The translations under genes were made by a program, and so were the position numbers. Positions 1-7,798 of a stretch of DNA of 18,354 nucleotides are shown one piece after another (within the stretch, counting starts at the first letter, position 1; each line of letters begins with the position of its first letter). The notes under the pieces are model-generated. The model made no database searches. It saw only the letters and a program-made list of their open reading frames with translations, and was not told the DNA's origin. This DNA comes from Deferribacteraceae bacterium (GTDB lineage: Bacteria > Chrysiogenota > Deferribacteres > Deferribacterales > JAISNW01), in NCBI GenBank assembly GCA_031278965.1, contig JAITJJ010000017.1:1-18354 (forward strand). Direction: 5' to 3'.

Positions 1-30
1 TATACATAATGACTTAAAAATGGAATTAAT
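1..30. repeat. Terminal repeat copy A. The reverse complement of nt 1-30 matches 18196-18227 (30 nt compared, 1 mismatch). The repeat runs off the left edge of the window.
   Basis: Direct reverse-complement comparison done by hand. Revcomp(1..31) = gattaattccatttttaagtcattatgtata, versus 18195..18227 = aattaattccatttttaagtcattatgcatata. Similarity ends sharply at nt 31 (interior side). Confidence 0.8.
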
Positions 31-31
31 C

Positions 32-557
32 GTAATTTGCCCGAAACACCCGACCTCTTTAACTTCGAAAGTCCCAAAATTATCAGCTCCAACTTATCTA
101 TAAATATACTCCCGCTCGCTCTGTTTTTCAATAGATAATGGTTAATACATTATTCTTCTTCCTTCAATAAAATAAAATCGGTTATCACTATCAAAATAAC
201 CTTCTTCAAAAACTTGTAAGAGCTCCCCTTCTCCAACTGTAATATGAGAGGCCTTATCAGATACAGTAAAAAACGTTCTCTTATCCCTTCCTGCGGAAAT
301 AACTGTATCTCCACATCGGCTTCTATACCCGATTTCATTATTGCCCTAATATCCATAACTTCCAACTTCAGTTCAGGAAATACCGGCAGAAGGTGAGTAT
401 CAGGAAATTCTATCTTTTCATATTCCTCGCTTGGAAGGTCGGTTACCGCTTGTAAAAAATCTCTGATAAGCTCCGGTCTTTTAGGGTCTGCCATTAAAGA
501 CTTGAAAACAATATCAAGTTTGGAAGATAAGAGCGGTTTCTCTCTATTCTCTGGCAT
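32..557 (-). pseudogene. Rpn-family recombination-promoting nuclease / PD-(D/E)XK 'putative transposase' (YhgA-like), disrupted. A 135-aa N-terminal ORF (150..557) ends at an in-frame TAA at 147-149. The same frame then stays open to the repeat boundary and window edge.
   Basis: N-terminus ...DIVFKSLMADPKRPELIRDFLQ... and the DVEIQ...ERFLLYL...LEKGSSYKFLKKVILIVITDFIL block match the conserved YhgA/Rpn (TIGR01784-like) core. Length is 135 aa versus ~300 aa typical. Reading past the TAA in the same frame gives another ~48 open codons (CINHYLLKNRASGSIFIDKLELIILGLSKLKR...). Confidence 0.55.
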
Positions 558-697
558 AATATACCGCCCATTAAAATATTCGATACCTTAAAGCAGCTTG
601 TATCTATTATCTTTCAAACTTAAATGCAAGATAAAATAGAAAATTTCTTCAATAAAACTAATAATTACGATTAACTCAATGTTACCAATAACATATG

Positions 698-717
698 ATA
701 CTTAATTAATTAAGTAT
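698..717. repeat. Perfect 20-bp palindrome ATACTTAATTAATTAAGTAT in the AT-rich non-coding spacer.
   Basis: Read directly. ATACTTAATT is the exact reverse complement of AATTAAGTAT. No ORF longer than 16 codons on either strand across 558..899. Confidence 0.6.
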
Positions 718-899
718 TAGTATATGTTTAGAGAAAACGTTCATTAAATAATGATCAGAAAAATCGTTAAAAGCACCCAACCCATAAAAACCCGAAATTA
801 ACTTTATTTACCATACTAATTAACCTTTTTTGTTGCAAGCATTTTTTTCAAAATGTTCCTAAAAAGCTGTCTATAAAAAAGGAAGTTTAAAGCGACACC

Positions 900-1364
900 T
901 TAAAAGAGCAGAAACCCGCTCTGAACAGGGCAATACAAAAGTTTTAATATTCGAAAAAAGAATACGGCATATTGAAAGATCCGGCGCACCATCTCTATGT
1001 GTGCGTTAAAATATGACGCTTTTCTCCCTGCGGAAAGCTCTATTATGGTCTGTTCTATTAAGGACGACTTGATTTTATCCAAATACATATCCTCAAAAAC
1101 CTTGCGGAAACGCTTAATCAGGTATAAATAGCTTTTAGCTGAGGTATTCAGCATATAGTGGGGGAGAAAATACTTATCCAAGTAGGTGGGGAAAGAGAGA
1201 TGTAACTGTTTTTGGACGCTCATCTCATACTTATACATGGCGTCCAGTTCTCGGGCTTCAGCGAGGTTTTTGGACGCAAAGGCAAGTTTAAATTTCCCGT
1301 CTACTTTGTGTTGGATGTAGTAGGATTTCTCCTTACCCTTATAACCGCACTTGCACTTTTCGGA
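900..1364 (-). pseudogene. Tyrosine recombinase / phage-type integrase fragment. It carries only the N-terminal arm-binding and SAM-like core-binding regions, with no catalytic domain and no start codon for the arm-binding part.
   Basis: The ORF 900..1238 (YLDKIKSSLIEQTIIELSAGRKASYFNAHIEMVRRIFQYA) fits the integrase core-binding (SAM-like) domain. The same frame is open upstream to a TAA at 1365-1367 and reads SEKCKCGYKGKEKSYYIQHKVDGKFKLAFASKNLAEARELDA, which fits the AP2-like arm-binding motif (GK.KSYY....DGK.K...F.SK.EAE) but has no Met. Downstream (558..899) is AT-rich and ORF-free, so the ~180-aa catalytic domain is absent. Confidence 0.5.
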
Positions 1365-1474
1365 TTATATCTCTCCAAAATGCCATACCATAACTTTCCG
1401 CCTGAAAGGGTTCCGGCGGTTCTAGCGCCCAATCCCCGATATTCGGAAGCGTTTAGTTTGTGTCATATAGTCCT

Positions 1475-2542
1475 TTATTCTATCTCTTTTACCCATCCGA
1501 ATTTATCTTCAATTATCCCGAGCTGAATTCCGGTTAGGGTATCATAGAATTTCTTTGTGAGTTCTCCCATCCCCCCGTCTCCCGGTATGATCTCCCTACC
1601 CCCCCAGACGAGTTTCCCCACGGGGCTTACAACGCAAGCGGTGCCGCTGCCGAAGGCTTCCTCAAGGGATCCCTTTTTATAGGCATCATATAATTCATCA
1701 ATGCTGATAGGTCGTTCAGCTACCTTTACTCCCATATCTTTTGCCAGAGTTATGATAGAATCTCTTGTGATCCCCGATAGGATAGTTCCCCCCAAGGACG
1801 GGGTAATAAGTTCTCCGGCTATCTTAAAGAATATGTTCATGCTGCCGACTTCTTCAATATATCTGTTTTCCCGCCCGTCAAGCCAGAGAACCTGACTGAA
1901 GCCGTTCTCATGTGCCAACTCGCTTGCTTTTAGGCTTATGGCATAATTAGCACCGGTTTTATGATTCCCGGTTCCTCCTCTGACGGAGCGCGCATATTCT
2001 GTTTCAATATATATATCCACTGGGGCGAGCCCTTTTGCGTAATAAGCGCCAACCGGAGAGAGGATAATATAGAGATAGTAGTCCTCCGCGGAGGCTATCC
2101 CCACATAGGGATCAATCCCGATATAGGCGGGGCGGATATAGAGGGATGTGCCGGGCGCTTTCGGTATCCACTCCTTCTCTATCTTTATAAGCTCATATAG
2201 GGAATTTAAAAGAAAATCCGCATCAAACGCCCGCATACTCATACGTTCTGCGGAAAGAGTCATTCGTTTCACATTGTCCCATGGGCGGAAGAGAAGAAAA
2301 CGACCGTCAGGAGAACGGTAAGCCTTTAACCCTTCAAATACCTCCTGTGCATAGTGGAGAACAAGGGCGGCAGGGGAGAGAACAAGATCCCCGTAGGGTT
2401 CTATCGCCGCATAAAACCAACCTTTTTCCCTGCTGCGTTTCATAAGCAGCATGTGGTCGGTAAATATTCGCCCAAAGCCTAGGTTGCTTTCATCAATCGG
2501 CTTCTCTTTCAATTTTTCCCGTTTTATAAACTCTAGCTTCAT
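1475..2542 (-). CDS. ilvE: Branched-chain amino acid aminotransferase (PLP fold type IV).
   Basis: 355 aa. N-terminal FGRIFTDHM motif, the EGLKAYR, YIRP and GTGNHKTGANY blocks, and an overall length typical of class-II BCATs. Confidence 0.9.
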   Translation of the reverse strand: MKLEFIKREKLKEKPIDESNLGFGRIFTDHMLLMKRSREKGWFYAAIEPYGDLVLSPAALVLHYAQEVFEGLKAYRSPDGRFLLFRPWDNVKRMTLSAERMSMRAFDADFLLNSLYELIKIEKEWIPKAPGTSLYIRPAYIGIDPYVGIASAEDYYLYIILSPVGAYYAKGLAPVDIYIETEYARSVRGGTGNHKTGANYAISLKASELAHENGFSQVLWLDGRENRYIEEVGSMNIFFKIAGELITPSLGGTILSGITRDSIITLAKDMGVKVAERPISIDELYDAYKKGSLEEAFGSGTACVVSPVGKLVWGGREIIPGDGGMGELTKKFYDTLTGIQLGIIEDKFGWVKEIE

Positions 2543-2584
2543 ATTGCAACAACTCTTCGTATTAGTTTTTGTCTCTATTTAAAT

Positions 2585-2613
2585 TTTATAACCCTTTGTG
2601 TTTAAATAATCAA
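2585..2613 (-). promoter_or_regulatory. Putative sigma70-type promoter for ilvE. On the minus strand it reads TTGATT - 17 nt - TATAAA.
   Basis: Read by eye in the 100-bp AT-rich gap between the larE-like stop (2642) and the ilvE start (2542). The -10 lies ~45 nt upstream of the ATG. Confidence 0.3.
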
Positions 2614-2641
2614 CTTCAACTTTACGGAGACGGATAGTTAA

Positions 2642-3472
2642 TTATCTAAAGTTTTCATTCATGCTGCCCATGCGGTAGCCTTGCAAATCCAGGGATACAT
2701 AGGTAAAGCCGAGGGCTTTAAATTTGGAAACCACTTTATCTCTGACGGCGCTCTCTGTTAAAACGGCAAAACCGTTTTCATCGGTCTCTATACGCGCCGT
2801 GTCCCTATGGCAGCGCACCCTCACTTGACGCACCCCTAAATCAAATATATATTGCTCCGCCGCCTCCACTTTGGAGAGCGCCTCCGTTGTGATTCTCTCC
2901 CCGTAGGGGAAACGGGACGCGAGGCAGGCAAAAGCGGGTTTATCCCAAGTGGAGAGGTTAAGTTGGCGGGAGAGCCGGCGGATTTCACCTTTTGTGAGCC
3001 CCGCCGCCTTCAGCGGACTAAGTATTCCGTCTTCCTTAACCGCTTCAAGACCCGGTCTATAGTCCAAGATATCGTCCGCATTGGAGCCTTCGGCGATATC
3101 TGTTATGCAGAGTTCCTCCGCCGCACTCCTAACCTTTGCAAAGAGGGCTTTTTTGCAAAGATAGCACCTGTTGTGCGGGTTATCGGCAAAGTTTCCTTCA
3201 TGCAACTCTTCTGTGCGGATGAGTATATGCTCCACCCCTTGTTCCCTGCAAAAAGATTGCGCCGCCTCAACTTCCCGCTCCGGAAAGAGAAGCGAGCGGG
3301 CTGTAATTGCCACTACCCTTCCGCCAATGGCACCCTTTGCGATTTTAAGGAGGAAGGCGGAATCTGTTCCGCCGGAAAATGCCACTGCCAGAGTTGGGAG
3401 GGTTTTTAAGAAGTCCGTCAGCGTTTTAAGTTTATCTGCCTCACCCGGCGCACTTATAATTACCCGCCGCAT
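2642..3472 (-). CDS. LarE-family PP-loop ATP pyrophosphatase (TIGR00268-type sulfur transferase). It carries a CxxC + Cys triad, suggesting a [4Fe-4S]-dependent, non-sacrificial type.
   Basis: 276 aa. PP-loop AFSGGTDS near the N-terminus. The DYRPGL, SRFPYG, VRVRCHRDTARIE and LGFTYVSLDLQGYRMGSMN blocks align along the full length with the Lactobacillus plantarum LarE sequence as I recall it. Cys103-x-x-Cys106 (CYLCK) plus Cys183 (FACLASRFPYG). Its start overlaps the ThiS stop by 13 nt. Confidence 0.85.
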   Translation of the reverse strand: MRRVIISAPGEADKLKTLTDFLKTLPTLAVAFSGGTDSAFLLKIAKGAIGGRVVAITARSLLFPEREVEAAQSFCREQGVEHILIRTEELHEGNFADNPHNRCYLCKKALFAKVRSAAEELCITDIAEGSNADDILDYRPGLEAVKEDGILSPLKAAGLTKGEIRRLSRQLNLSTWDKPAFACLASRFPYGERITTEALSKVEAAEQYIFDLGVRQVRVRCHRDTARIETDENGFAVLTESAVRDKVVSKFKALGFTYVSLDLQGYRMGSMNENFR

Positions 3473-3657
3473 ACGAAATTTACTATTTCCACAGTATCAG
3501 AGTCTTTTATATAAACCGTTCCAAAAGAATCTTTAGGCAGTATCTCCCCGTTCAGTTCCACCGCAACCGTATCTCTATTGATATTTCTCTCTTCCAAAAA
3601 TACCGCGACAGTTAAAGGTTCGCTTATATGAAAGTATTCTCCGTTAATCTGCGCCAT
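3460..3657 (-). CDS. thiS: ThiS/MoaD-family sulfur carrier protein, 65 aa, C-terminal Gly-Gly.
   Basis: Ubiquitin-like small protein ending ...VEIVNFVCGG. Pattern G.TV..LLE.........VAVELNGEI.P......T.I.D.D.VEIV.FV.GG matches ThiS. The symbol denotes the family only; the biological role here is uncertain. Confidence 0.75.
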   Translation of the reverse strand: MAQINGEYFHISEPLTVAVFLEERNINRDTVAVELNGEILPKDSFGTVYIKDSDTVEIVNFVCGG

Positions 3658-3660
3658 AAT

Positions 3661-4815
3661 TCACCTTAAGGCCTGTTCAAGATCGCTTAAAAGATCATCA
3701 GATGCTTCAAGACCCACGGAAAGGCGGAGAAATCTGTCATTTATCCCCAGTTTTTCAAGGAGTTCTTCCCCCATATCCGCATGGGTTTGGAGTTTTGGAA
3801 AGGTGATAAGCGATTCCGTTCCTCCCAGGCTTTCCGCAAAACTAAATACCTTTACCTTTTCAAGAACTTTAGGAAGAGCTTCCGCTCTTTTAAGCTCAAA
3901 GGAAACAATTGCCCCCGCTGACTTGGATTGGGCGGCAAGGAGAGAATAACCCGGAGCGTCTTTTAAACCGGGGTAATACACCTTAGCCACCGCAGTATGC
4001 CCTGTCAGATATTCCGCTATCTTCCGAGAGTTTTCCGTCTGACGCTCCATCCGCACCGAGAGACTTTTCAGGCTTCTTAGGAGCAACCAGGATTCAAACG
4101 GATTTAGAACCGCCCCCGCCGCATTCTGGATATATTTTAATTTTTCGGCTACCACCGCATCCTTGGCCGCCGCAAAACCTGCCAGAAGATCGTTATGCCC
4201 GCCCAAATATTTTGTGGCGCTGTAGACGGATATGTCCGCCCCCAATTCTATCGGGCAGAGATTGACGGAGGTAAGAAAAGTGTTGTCTATTATAAGTTTG
4301 GCGCTATTTTTATGGGCAAGCGCTGATAGATAGGGGATATCGCATACTTTTAAGAGTGGGTTGGTAGGAATCTCCGCGAAGATCGCCGAAAAAGGTTTTG
4401 CACCCTTTTCCTCCATAACTTTTTTGTCGGAAGTGTCCGCATAATCCGTCTCAATATGGGGGAAAAAGTTTTCCAATAAACGGAAAGTGCCGCCATAAAG
4501 ATCCTCCGATATAATAAGCCTCTCTCTTTTTGCTAAAGATTTATTGTCAGGGGGTTGAAAGAGTGCACGGAAAACCGCATCAAGCGCCGCCAAACCGCTG
4601 GAAAAAGCGTATGCTCCTGATGCCTGTTCCAGTTTTGCAAACAACTCCTCCAGAACAAAGCGAGTGGGGTTTGAAGTTCTTGTATAGTCATAGCCGGTGC
4701 TTTTGCCCAGAGCCGGATGTTTATATACCGCACTCTGATATAACGGCATACTAACCGCGCCAGTTCTGTAATCCCAACCGGAACCCGCCTGTGCCAATAG
4801 GGTTTCTGTGTCCAT
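3661..4815 (-). CDS. Cys/Met-metabolism PLP-dependent enzyme (cystathionine gamma-synthase / beta-lyase / O-acylhomoserine sulfhydrylase family).
   Basis: 384 aa. The blocks YTRTSNPTR, SGLAA, DNTF and the PLP-lysine motif SATKYLGGHNDLLAG align end to end with the E. coli MetB sequence as I recall it. It stops 3 nt before the ThiS start. Confidence 0.9.
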   Translation of the reverse strand: MDTETLLAQAGSGWDYRTGAVSMPLYQSAVYKHPALGKSTGYDYTRTSNPTRFVLEELFAKLEQASGAYAFSSGLAALDAVFRALFQPPDNKSLAKRERLIISEDLYGGTFRLLENFFPHIETDYADTSDKKVMEEKGAKPFSAIFAEIPTNPLLKVCDIPYLSALAHKNSAKLIIDNTFLTSVNLCPIELGADISVYSATKYLGGHNDLLAGFAAAKDAVVAEKLKYIQNAAGAVLNPFESWLLLRSLKSLSVRMERQTENSRKIAEYLTGHTAVAKVYYPGLKDAPGYSLLAAQSKSAGAIVSFELKRAEALPKVLEKVKVFSFAESLGGTESLITFPKLQTHADMGEELLEKLGINDRFLRLSVGLEASDDLLSDLEQALR

Positions 4816-4853
4816 AATCCCGCCGAAAGTATAAAGTATATATAGTCACTAGG

Positions 4854-4882
4854 ATATTATTTGAAATAGGAGAAAAAAGCAA
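4854..4882 (-). promoter_or_regulatory. Putative sigma70-type promoter for the PLP-enzyme/thiS/larE-like operon. On the minus strand it reads TTGCTT - 17 nt - TAATAT.
   Basis: Read by eye in the 95-bp gap upstream of the ATG at 4815. It leaves a leader of ~30-35 nt, too short for a SAM riboswitch or T-box. Confidence 0.35.
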
Positions 4883-4910
4883 TATGCTAATGGGGATACT
4901 GGGGATAAAA

Positions 4911-5623
4911 TTAAGGTTTTCTCACCCATAGGATTCTTTCAAACCCATAGAAGCTCCAAGTATAGGAGTGCACCCGTTTTAACAGCACTGAATACGGCTC
5001 AAACAGCAACCCTATCAACCAAGCTATGGGCGGTTTATAAAATTTTGATTCAAAAATAAGATCACATCCTTCATCACGAATTATTTTTTTAAGTTTCTCA
5101 AGATCTGGAGGGGTTCCGGTATCTGTTTTGTCGTCATAATAATTCAGAGTTCCACGTCGGCTTGGGAAATGGATACTTTTTTCAGACGGACATGAAAAAT
5201 AGAGCAAACCGCTTTTTTAAGCGCTTTAAGTATATTTATGAATGTTTTTCCCCTTTCAAAGCAGTGCTCCAAGTTATGGGCGGATATGACCACGTCAAAG
5301 CGATCTGCCATCTCCCCTATCTTATCGGCAAAAGCTGAAGGTGTAACGATTATAAATTCATCCAATATCAAACTACTCATATTGTAAATTCCCACGTCAA
5401 GCCTTGTATAATGGAAACTGGGTATGGCTCTTTTAACAGTTAATATCGCATCGTTACCACACCCTACATCCAAAATGGAAGGTTTCTGGAAAAGCTCTGA
5501 TACATGGTAGAGAAAAGACGCCCTCCCATGGGGTTTCACAATTTTTGCAAGTATTTTGCGCACTGCACGGGCTCCTTTTAACCGGAACATAGGATTTCTA
5601 TCTCCACTCCCCGTAGAAATCAA
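4911..5623 (-). pseudogene. Class I SAM-dependent methyltransferase split into two overlapping ORFs (5144..5623 and 4911..5207) by a frameshift in a homopolymer run.
   Basis: LDVGCGND (SAM motif I) and DVVISAHNLEH in the 5' ORF. The 3' ORF continues the fold (LYFSCPSEKS). Adding one A to the coding-strand A6 run (plus-strand T6 at 5213-5218) restores ...ILKALKKSGLLYFSCP... Confidence 0.6.
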
Positions 5624-6215
5624 GTTTAATCTCTTGTTTGCCCCAATTCATGGCAGCGGATTTGGGGCGACTTTTTTCCCAAACATACTTGGTAATCGTT
5701 CTAGGGCGGATAATGGTGGCAATATTCATAGAATTATCGGTGATTAGAGTTAGATCACCTTTCTGAAATACGGAGAGCCCCCCCAAAGTGCTGTAACCGT
5801 AAGTCGGATCCGGCAGCGGCGGCGGAAATGTCAGGGCGGAGTTCATAAGCCGCACCTCCCTCGCCCCTATAATCTGAGCAAGGTCGGATGTGATATCCTC
5901 TTCCCCCTTTATCGCCCTATACTTACCATTTTTTAGGGTGACTTCCGCTACAACCGCCCCGAAGAGCCCCAACACTTTAAGCTCAAGATCACCTCTGCAA
6001 TTCTTTTTCAATAAGCCGCTGAAACGCTGTTCATCGCCTTCAGCGGTATAGGAGATACGAACCTTGCCGCTATATTCGCATAAGGAAAGAGATTTTTCGC
6101 GAACCGCTCTCAGCGCCTCATCTTTGCTGACAGGCACCCTGTAAATTCCTGCACTGCGCCCCGCGCACCCAGCAAGAAACAAGAACACTAAAAAAAATAA
6201 GAGGAGTCTATGCAC
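5598..6215 (-). CDS. Lipoprotein, possibly a LolB/LolA-like beta-barrel fold.
   Basis: Signal peptide with lipobox (LFLAGC), 205 aa. Its start overlaps the TPR gene stop by 1 nt, and its 3' end overlaps the methyltransferase start by 26 nt. The fold guess comes only from the alternating hydrophobic beta pattern. Confidence 0.55.
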   Translation of the reverse strand: MHRLLLFFLVFLFLAGCAGRSAGIYRVPVSKDEALRAVREKSLSLCEYSGKVRISYTAEGDEQRFSGLLKKNCRGDLELKVLGLFGAVVAEVTLKNGKYRAIKGEEDITSDLAQIIGAREVRLMNSALTFPPPLPDPTYGYSTLGGLSVFQKGDLTLITDNSMNIATIIRPRTITKYVWEKSRPKSAAMNWGKQEIKLDFYGEWR

Positions 6216-7798
6216 TATTTTTTGGCGGCTTCAATCGCCTTAATATGTTCTGTAATCTCAGGGTCCCCTGGGTGGAGGGTATCCGCCCGGCGTATGTAAA
6301 CTTCAGCTTCCTTTAACTTCCCTCTTCTGAAGAGCAGCCACCCCTTGCTGTCCAGATAGGCGTAGTTTTCAGGCTCCTGTGCTAAGGCTTTATCAATAAG
6401 GATCTCCGCCTCATCTAAATTTATATTCATATCCGCATAAAGATACCCCAAAAAATTTTGGAGAGACGCGGAGCCCGGCTCAATCTTAAGAGCATCTTTT
6501 AAAACCTCAATGCACTCTTCATTCCTTTCAGCGTTGGCTAAATTAAAGGCGAGGGTTTGCATAAGCTCCACATTTTCAGGATAATCCTGCAACCCTTTTT
6601 TTAAAATCTCCACACCTTCATCATATTTTTTCGTTTCTATGTAAGCTGTGCCCATCAAGAAATAAAATTGAACATCCCGTTCTATGGGGTCAATCTTTTC
6701 AAGAACCGCAATAACTTTAGGATACTCTTCGGCTATAATAAGATTTATGGCGCTGCGGAGGCGGAGGATAGTATAATCCGGGAATAGTTGCAATCCTTCG
6801 TCAAATATCGCTTGAGCGGCGGCAGTATTATTATCTATGGCGGCGGCAGAAATCCCTGCCATGTAAAATAGTTGCGGGTCGGTCTTATTGTCTGCAAGGG
6901 CTATCCCGTAAGCGGTTTGAGCCGTTTCATAATCCGTCTTTTGAAATGCCATAGCCCCCACATATTTAAGAACCGCCTGCTTTGCTCTCCCTTTCATATT
7001 GGAGGCGGCTTGCATATAGTGGCGGACTGTGCGTTCATAATCTTGTTTGGAGCTGTAAATATCCCCCAGGAAGAGATCCGGCAGGGCATAATCCGGGTGC
7101 TTTTCCGCAATTATAAGGAGGTATTTTGTAGCGTTATCCGTATCGTTGTCTTTTATATAGAGGTCTGCCAGATGAACCAGAGCAGAGGTATCATCCCAGC
7201 GCTCATAGGCTTTTTTAAAATCGTCTGCCGCTTCTTTCTTTTTATTTGTATATGCGTAGAGAACGCCCCTTGAGCGGATAAATTCATATCTGTCAAACTC
7301 ATCAATAAGGATCGTATAGCCCTCTATCGCCTTTTCATACTCTTTTAAGCGTTCTGAAATCATGGCAACAGCCAGGATATTCGTTTCGGAGCGTTCTATT
7401 TTAAGAGCGGAATCAAAGTGACCAGCGGCCAGCTTATACCAGCGGGTTTCCTCTTCAATATTACTGGAGTTCGCCTCTCCAATCGCCGTACAAAACGCCC
7501 CAATCTGGAAGGCAAGCTCTTCATTCTCCGGGAAATGTTTTATGGCTGAGCTTAAAGTTTCATAAGCGGCTTTCATATCCCCCAAAGCGTACTCAATATT
7601 TGCCACCCGCAGATAGATTGTTGCGGACTTTTCCTTTTTCAATAATTTATTATACGCTTCAAGAGCCTCTTTATAAAGCCCTTCCTTTTCATATTGGGAG
7701 GCTTGAAGATAGAGGGCAACATCCGTATGTTCGCTTGCCGGTGTGACTATGTTTATTAATAAAAACGCCAGACAAAAGAAAATTGATAACTTTTTCAT
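6215..7798 (-). CDS. Secreted tetratricopeptide-repeat (TPR) protein.
   Basis: 527 aa with an N-terminal signal peptide (MKKLSIFFCLAFLLINIVTPAS). Many 34-aa TPR-like repeats with the A..Y/F...L...P pattern. Confidence 0.8.
   Translation of the reverse strand: MKKLSIFFCLAFLLINIVTPASEHTDVALYLQASQYEKEGLYKEALEAYNKLLKKEKSATIYLRVANIEYALGDMKAAYETLSSAIKHFPENEELAFQIGAFCTAIGEANSSNIEEETRWYKLAAGHFDSALKIERSETNILAVAMISERLKEYEKAIEGYTILIDEFDRYEFIRSRGVLYAYTNKKKEAADDFKKAYERWDDTSALVHLADLYIKDNDTDNATKYLLIIAEKHPDYALPDLFLGDIYSSKQDYERTVRHYMQAASNMKGRAKQAVLKYVGAMAFQKTDYETAQTAYGIALADNKTDPQLFYMAGISAAAIDNNTAAAQAIFDEGLQLFPDYTILRLRSAINLIIAEEYPKVIAVLEKIDPIERDVQFYFLMGTAYIETKKYDEGVEILKKGLQDYPENVELMQTLAFNLANAERNEECIEVLKDALKIEPGSASLQNFLGYLYADMNINLDEAEILIDKALAQEPENYAYLDSKGWLLFRRGKLKEAEVYIRRADTLHPGDPEITEHIKAIEAAKK

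Noticed and set aside
1212-1526. Plus-strand 104-aa ORF.
   Set aside because: It overlaps, antisense, the integrase fragment whose arm- and core-binding motifs are recognisable. It has no features of its own.
2852-3536. Plus-strand ORFs 2852..3409 (185 aa) and 3171..3536 (121 aa).
   Set aside because: They lie entirely antisense to the well-supported LarE-family and ThiS genes, and their products are R/C/G-rich and low-complexity. They are shadow ORFs of GC-rich coding DNA.
3460-3657. Reading the ThiS gene as evidence for a thiamine thiazole operon.
   Set aside because: No thiF, thiG, thiH/thiO or thiE is present in 18 kb. The carrier is instead locked between a PLP C-S enzyme and a LarE-like gene.
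4816-4910. Possible SAM riboswitch or T-box leader upstream of the Cys/Met PLP-enzyme gene.
   Set aside because: Only ~95 bp are available, a promoter-like TTGCTT-17-TAATAT leaves a ~30-nt leader, and none of the conserved SAM-I or T-box elements are visible.
6872-7273. Plus-strand 133-aa ORF inside the TPR gene.
   Set aside because: It is antisense to a gene with clear TPR periodicity and a signal peptide. No motif, and no RBS.
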